DNA from: Alistipes sp.
GTDB taxonomy: Bacteria > Bacteroidota > Bacteroidia > Bacteroidales > Rikenellaceae
Reading direction: 5' to 3'
DNA: 56,382 nucleotides
Assembly (NCBI GenBank): GCA_045614685.1
Contig: JAZLDJ010000010.1
Span: 1-56,382 of the forward strand
In this document: piece by piece, positions 51,462 through 56,382 of the stretch
How the letters are laid out: every line of letters starts with the position of its first letter
Position numbering within the stretch: the first letter of the stretch is position 1
Program-made: the position numbers and the translations under genes
The notes under the pieces: model-generated
The model's input: only the letters and a program-made list of their open reading frames with translations
Database searches by the model: none
Told to the model about the DNA's origin: nothing

Positions 51462-52346
51462 ATGCACAAGAGTGGTTTTGTAAATATTATTGGTAATCCG
51501 AATGTCGGAAAATCTACACTGATGAATGCATTGGTAGGCGAGCGCCTCTCAATCATCACTTCGAAGGCGCAAACTACGCGTCATCGTATTATGGGTATCG
51601 TAAATGGCGACGATTTTCAGATTGTCTACTCCGACACCCCAGGAATTCTAAAACCTGCATACAAATTGCAGGAGTCGATGATGAACTTCGTGCGAGGCGC
51701 AGTGAGCGATGCCGATGTGGTACTCTACGTCACCGACACAGTCGAGGAGCAGAGCGAGCGCAATGCCGAAATTGTCGAGAAGATAAAATTGAGTGGTATT
51801 CCAACTATTGTGGTTATCAACAAGATAGACCTCACCAATCAGGAGAAGCTCGAGAAGATTGTAGCTGAGTGGCACGAGCGATTGCCCGAGGCGATAATAG
51901 TTCCAGCATCGGCAAAGGAGCAGTTCAATATCGAGGCTATCTTCTCGAAGATTCTCGAGAATCTGCCAGAGGGCGAGCCTTACTATCCGAAGGATACGCT
52001 CACAGACAAGACATTGCGTTTCTTCGCCTCGGAGATTATCCGCGAAAAGATTCTTCTCAACTACGACAAGGAGATTCCGTATTGCTGCGAGATTGAGATT
52101 GACTCATACAAGGAGGAGCCAACTATCGACCGCATTTCAGCAACCATCTATGTGTCGCGTAATTCGCAGAAGGGCATCGTAATTGGCCACAAGGGCGAGC
52201 GACTCAAGAAGGTGGGACAGCAGGCACGCGCCGACATCGAGGCTTTCCTCGACAAGAAGGTATTCCTGCAACTCTTTGTCAAGGTTAACGACGATTGGCG
52301 CAACAACGACCGACAGCTTTCACGCTTCGGCTACAACGACAACTAA
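51462..52346 (+). CDS. era: GTPase Era
   Basis: GNPNVGKST, QTTR, DTPG, NKID, KH domain SQKGIVIG. Confidence 0.97.
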   Translation: MHKSGFVNIIGNPNVGKSTLMNALVGERLSIITSKAQTTRHRIMGIVNGDDFQIVYSDTPGILKPAYKLQESMMNFVRGAVSDADVVLYVTDTVEEQSERNAEIVEKIKLSGIPTIVVINKIDLTNQEKLEKIVAEWHERLPEAIIVPASAKEQFNIEAIFSKILENLPEGEPYYPKDTLTDKTLRFFASEIIREKILLNYDKEIPYCCEIEIDSYKEEPTIDRISATIYVSRNSQKGIVIGHKGERLKKVGQQARADIEAFLDKKVFLQLFVKVNDDWRNNDRQLSRFGYNDN

Positions 52347-52379
52347 AGAGTTTAAAGTACAGAGTTAAAAGTTAAAAGT

Positions 52380-54365
52380 TTGCGTAGGTTTGTAATCGGC
52401 ATACTATTCATCATCTTCGCCATAACTTCGGTTGTGGCGCAGTACAATCGCGACTACTTCTTCTATGTTGGTCGTCAGCAGATGATGGAGAACGACTTCA
52501 AGGAGGCTATTCGCACCTTGAATGTATTGCTGCGTTTCGACGACAAGGCCTACGAGGGATATTTTCTACGCGGCATCGCCAAGTACAATCTCGATGACTT
52601 GCTTGGCGCCGAGGCCGATTTTACGGAGGCTATAAATCACAATCCAGTATTCACAACTGCGTTTACATATCGCGCCATAACCCGTTCGCGATTAGGCAAC
52701 TACGACGATGCCTTAAACGATTTTCGCGAGGCTATAGATCTGCGACCAGACCTACCAAACCCATATTATAGTCGAGCCGTAACACGTCTTTTGAATCAAC
52801 AATTCAAAGAGGCCATCGAAGATTTCGACAACTTTATCCATTACGAGAAGAAGGTTGCCGATGCCTATATCAATCGCGGTGTTTGCTATCTTCACCTTAA
52901 AGACACAGTGCGAGCCTATGCCGATTTCGACTTGGGCATTCGCACCAACCGCGAGAGCCCGAACGGTTATAACCGCAGAGGAGTACTCTACCTACAGCAG
53001 AACCGTTTGGCCGAGGCTGAACAAGATTTCGATATGGCCGTAAAGTGCGACTCCACACTCGCTATGTCGTTCTTCAATCGTGCATTGGTCTACAACGAAA
53101 CCAATCGTCCAATGCAGTCGCTTGCCGATCTCGACCGAGTGATTCAGCTCGATTCCACAAGCTCGATAACCTACTTCAATCGCGCCATAATTCGCACACG
53201 CATAGGCGATTACAATCGCGCACTCGACGACTACAACAAGGTGGCAAACTACTCGCCCGACAATGTGTTGGTCTATTACAATCGCGCACTGTTACTCCAG
53301 CATCTCGGCGAAATCGAGCGAGCAAAAGCCGACTATACAAAAGCCATCGAGCTCTATCCCGATTTCGCAAATGCCTATCTTGGTCGTAGCCACCTGCGCT
53401 ATCTATTGCGAGACTACAAAGGCTGGCGCAGTGACAAACAGATTGGTGAGCGCAAGATTGCGGAGTATAAAGCACGTCTGAGCGATACCACCTACTCTAT
53501 CTATGCCGATACTACGCGTCGATTCGATAAATTGTTGTCATTCGATAGCAAGTTAGCTGGAGCTTCGTTCGAGCGCATCACATCGCGACGCACCAACAAC
53601 GAACAGATGGCATTGTTGCCGCTCTTCAAATTCACATATTCACAAGACTCAACCAAGCAGACCGCTACGGCCAGCAAGTTCTATTCGCAGCGTGCCGAGG
53701 ATTTCATAAAGCGACTCGACAATCCGTTGCTTGCTATCTCATGCCGCGATAGCAACATTGCTCCAGACTCGCTCGTTGCAATGAATCGCAGATTGAAGAC
53801 CGCAGTGCGAACTGCGGCAGATGCAAACTTCGAACAGTTGTTCTCGCTCGCTATATCCGAGACATTGGTTAAGCAATACACAAATGCCATAAACAGCTAC
53901 ACATCAGCTATTCAGGCATCGCCAGCTAATCCGTTCGTATATCTCAACAGAGCGGCCACACGTGCCGAGATGATTGATTTTATCGCCTCGATTGACAATG
54001 CCTATCAGCGCATCTCCATCGAGAACGATCCTGCGCGACAGTTACATAACCGCTCTACGCGCACCTACAACTACGACGAGGCTATTGCCGACTTGACAAA
54101 GGCCATAAAGCTCTACCCTGGCTTTGCCTATGCCTACTACAACCGCGCAAACCTCCTCGCATTGTCTGGCAAACTTCCAGAGGCATTCGACGACTACACA
54201 AAGGCAATCGAACTGAATGCTAACTTTGCCGAAGCCTACTACAATCGCGGCCTTATACAGATATTCATGAAAGATACACGCAAGGGCTGCCTCGATATCT
54301 CCAAAGCTGGCGAGCTTGGTATCGAAGAGGCCTACGAGGTGCTCAAAAAGTATATGACTCATTAA
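52380..54365 (+). CDS. exported tetratricopeptide repeat protein
   Basis: Signal peptide and many AY.NR(G/A)...A..D..KAI.L.P repeats. Confidence 0.9.
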   Translation: MRRFVIGILFIIFAITSVVAQYNRDYFFYVGRQQMMENDFKEAIRTLNVLLRFDDKAYEGYFLRGIAKYNLDDLLGAEADFTEAINHNPVFTTAFTYRAITRSRLGNYDDALNDFREAIDLRPDLPNPYYSRAVTRLLNQQFKEAIEDFDNFIHYEKKVADAYINRGVCYLHLKDTVRAYADFDLGIRTNRESPNGYNRRGVLYLQQNRLAEAEQDFDMAVKCDSTLAMSFFNRALVYNETNRPMQSLADLDRVIQLDSTSSITYFNRAIIRTRIGDYNRALDDYNKVANYSPDNVLVYYNRALLLQHLGEIERAKADYTKAIELYPDFANAYLGRSHLRYLLRDYKGWRSDKQIGERKIAEYKARLSDTTYSIYADTTRRFDKLLSFDSKLAGASFERITSRRTNNEQMALLPLFKFTYSQDSTKQTATASKFYSQRAEDFIKRLDNPLLAISCRDSNIAPDSLVAMNRRLKTAVRTAADANFEQLFSLAISETLVKQYTNAINSYTSAIQASPANPFVYLNRAATRAEMIDFIASIDNAYQRISIENDPARQLHNRSTRTYNYDEAIADLTKAIKLYPGFAYAYYNRANLLALSGKLPEAFDDYTKAIELNANFAEAYYNRGLIQIFMKDTRKGCLDISKAGELGIEEAYEVLKKYMTH

Positions 54366-54388
54366 ACACTTAAATAAAACAAAACATT

Positions 54389-55732
54389 ATGACTCAAACA
54401 ATTCAAAGAAAACTCAGCGATTCGGCAGCTGCTCGTTGGACGGCTCTGCTCATCGTTTCGTTTACGATGATGTGCACCTACTTCATCACAGATGTTGCCG
54501 CACCACTCGAAGACCTTCTCACAAAGCCAGCTTCTGATGGTGGCTTCGGTCTTTGGACAGGTGATGAATACGGCATTTTCTCGGGTGCGTATGGCTATAT
54601 CAACGTTTTTCTGCTAATGCTCTTCTTCGGAGGTATCATCCTCGACAAGATGGGTATCCGCTTCACAGGCCTTATGTCGTGCCTCTGCATGTTGGGTGGA
54701 ACGGCCATTAAATGGTATGCTCTTTATGGCAACTTCGGTACAACAGAGATTTTCGGCACAGTTTACCACACTTCGGCACTTTTGGCTGCACTTGGTTTCG
54801 CAATCTTCGGCATGGGAGCAGAAATTGCGGGTATCACCGTAACCAAGGTTATTGCTAAGTGGTTTGCCGGAAAGGAGATGGCTCTTGCGATGGGTCTTCA
54901 AGTAGCAATGGCTCGTATCGGTACCGCTGCGGCATTGGCGTGCAGTCTTCCGTTTGCAAAGCATTTTGGCAACGTATCGGCTCCTATTCTCTTGGGCGTC
55001 GGCTTGCTCTGCATCGGTCTTGTATCTTATATTATATATTGTATAATGGATAAGCAGCTCGATGCATCGTGCGATAAGAGCGAGGGCTTAAGCAGTGAGG
55101 AGGATGAGTTCCGCTTTTCGGATATCAAGCACATATTGTCAAACAAAGGATTCTGGCTTATCGCTATCCTCTGCGTGCTCTTCTACTCGGGTGTATTCCC
55201 ATTCTTGAAGTTCGCCACCAAGTTTATGATCTGTAAATATGGTGTAAGTGAAGATTTGGCAGGTCTTATCCCGGCTATGTTGCCATTCGGCACAATCTTG
55301 CTCACTCCGCTCTTCGGCGCAGTATACGATAAAATTGGCAAGGGTGCAACTCTGATGATTATCGGTTCGGTTATGCTCACTGTAGTTCACCTTCTCTTCG
55401 CATTGCCAATCTTAGAGATTTGGTGGTTTGCCGTTCTTGTGATGATTCTTCTCGGTATCGCATTCTCATTGGTTCCTTCGGCGATGTGGCCATCCGTGCC
55501 AAAGATTATCCCTATGAAGCAACTCGGCACCGCCTATGCCATCATCTTTTACATCCAGAATATTGGCCTTTCGTTGGTCCCTGTAATGATTGGTAGCATC
55601 ATTCCAGAAAAAGCTATTGCTGACGACTACACTATTCCGATGGCTATCTTCGCAGGATTTGGCGTTGTATCGGTATTTGTTTCGTTGCTCCTCAAACAAG
55701 TTGATAAGACAAATAACTACGGCTTGGAGTAG
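54389..55732 (+). CDS. MFS transporter
   Basis: About 12 hydrophobic segments, GGIILDKMGIR motif A, KWFAGKEMALAMG. Confidence 0.92.
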   Translation: MTQTIQRKLSDSAAARWTALLIVSFTMMCTYFITDVAAPLEDLLTKPASDGGFGLWTGDEYGIFSGAYGYINVFLLMLFFGGIILDKMGIRFTGLMSCLCMLGGTAIKWYALYGNFGTTEIFGTVYHTSALLAALGFAIFGMGAEIAGITVTKVIAKWFAGKEMALAMGLQVAMARIGTAAALACSLPFAKHFGNVSAPILLGVGLLCIGLVSYIIYCIMDKQLDASCDKSEGLSSEEDEFRFSDIKHILSNKGFWLIAILCVLFYSGVFPFLKFATKFMICKYGVSEDLAGLIPAMLPFGTILLTPLFGAVYDKIGKGATLMIIGSVMLTVVHLLFALPILEIWWFAVLVMILLGIAFSLVPSAMWPSVPKIIPMKQLGTAYAIIFYIQNIGLSLVPVMIGSIIPEKAIADDYTIPMAIFAGFGVVSVFVSLLLKQVDKTNNYGLE

Positions 55733-55768
55733 CCAAATATTAAGGAATAATCCTAAAACTACTACACT

Positions 55769-56382
55769 ATGAAAAGATCGCTTTTAACATTGATGCTTGT
55801 GGCGATGATTGTGCCGTCTGCCTTTGCATACATCGCGCCAAAGACCAAGCATCCCGAACCTATCTACAACAAGATTAAGTTGCACTGCACCTTGTTGCCA
55901 AAGATCGGCCAGATTGATGCGTCGGACTCCGATAATGCGAGCCGTTCGCGTTGGTCGGTTGGAACTGAAGGACTTGATCGCGACTATGCAACATTCTCGA
56001 AGTACAAGGAGTACCTCGGCCCTCTCGGTGTGGGCTATGCGCGTTTGCAGAGCGGTTGGGCTCGATGCGAGCAGAAAAAGGGCGTTTACGACTTCAAGTG
56101 GCTCGATGAGGCAGTTGACGGCGTTATTGCGCAGGGTGTAAAGCCTTGGCTCAGCCTCAGCTACGGAAACCCTCTCTACTGCAATGGCGGTATCTCGCTT
56201 AAGACGGCTATTTGGACCGACGAGCCTACAATGAAGGCTTGGCGCAACTATGTTCGTGCTACTGTGCGTCACTATGGCAACAGAGTAACTACTTACGAGA
56301 TTTGGAATGAGCCGGATGGTCAGAAGGCAAATACGCCTGAGATTCTTGCAGAGCTTATTATCAATACAGCAGAGGTTATCCG
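55769..56382 (+). CDS. secreted clan GH-A glycoside hydrolase (GH39-like), partial
   Basis: Not in the ORF track. MKRSLLTLMLVAMIVPSAFA...EGLDRDY...ARLQSGWARCEQKKGVYDFKWLD...LSYGNPLY...YEIWNEPD; open to the right edge. Confidence 0.85.
   Translation, partial: MKRSLLTLMLVAMIVPSAFAYIAPKTKHPEPIYNKIKLHCTLLPKIGQIDASDSDNASRSRWSVGTEGLDRDYATFSKYKEYLGPLGVGYARLQSGWARCEQKKGVYDFKWLDEAVDGVIAQGVKPWLSLSYGNPLYCNGGISLKTAIWTDEPTMKAWRNYVRATVRHYGNRVTTYEIWNEPDGQKANTPEILAELIINTAEVI

Overview
This is a bacterial chromosome segment, most likely Bacteroidota. It has repeated TAnnTTTG -7 promoters and BtuG/BtuH/GH97 genes; an Alistipes/Rikenellaceae-like assignment is an inference. It has four parts. (1) 1-11.7 kb looks like the right end of a tRNA-integrated island. 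It holds a minus-strand operon (AddB-like nuclease N-terminus, DUF2130 protein, three paralogs sharing an unnamed ~100-aa domain), a divergent putative regulator, an AAA ATPase, and an AT-rich mosaic of small acidic antitoxin-like genes mixed with truncated RelE/ParE-like, SLOG and HEPN remnants. It ends at an orphan tRNA 3'-end (attR-like) followed by a terminator and a REP-like element. (2) 11.9-19.4 kb is a cobalamin-riboswitch-controlled B12 capture operon with an unannotated 36-aa peptide and a type V pilin (fimbrillin)-DUF4465/BtuJ-like fusion ahead of btuH, btuG and btuB. (3) 19.5-25.4 kb has an internally deleted NrtR whose two operators persist, vWA and DUF1810 genes, an mnmA homolog and a GmrSD-type nuclease. 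(4) 25.6-56.4 kb is mostly housekeeping and carbohydrate genes. It includes a Firmicutes-type pyr operon whose CarA lacks the glutaminase Cys and His, a PyrB fused to a PyrI zinc domain, and a candidate leader-peptide attenuator, followed by purT, purA, tRNA-Gln, ffh and era. All family calls come from motif recognition by eye; no searches were run.
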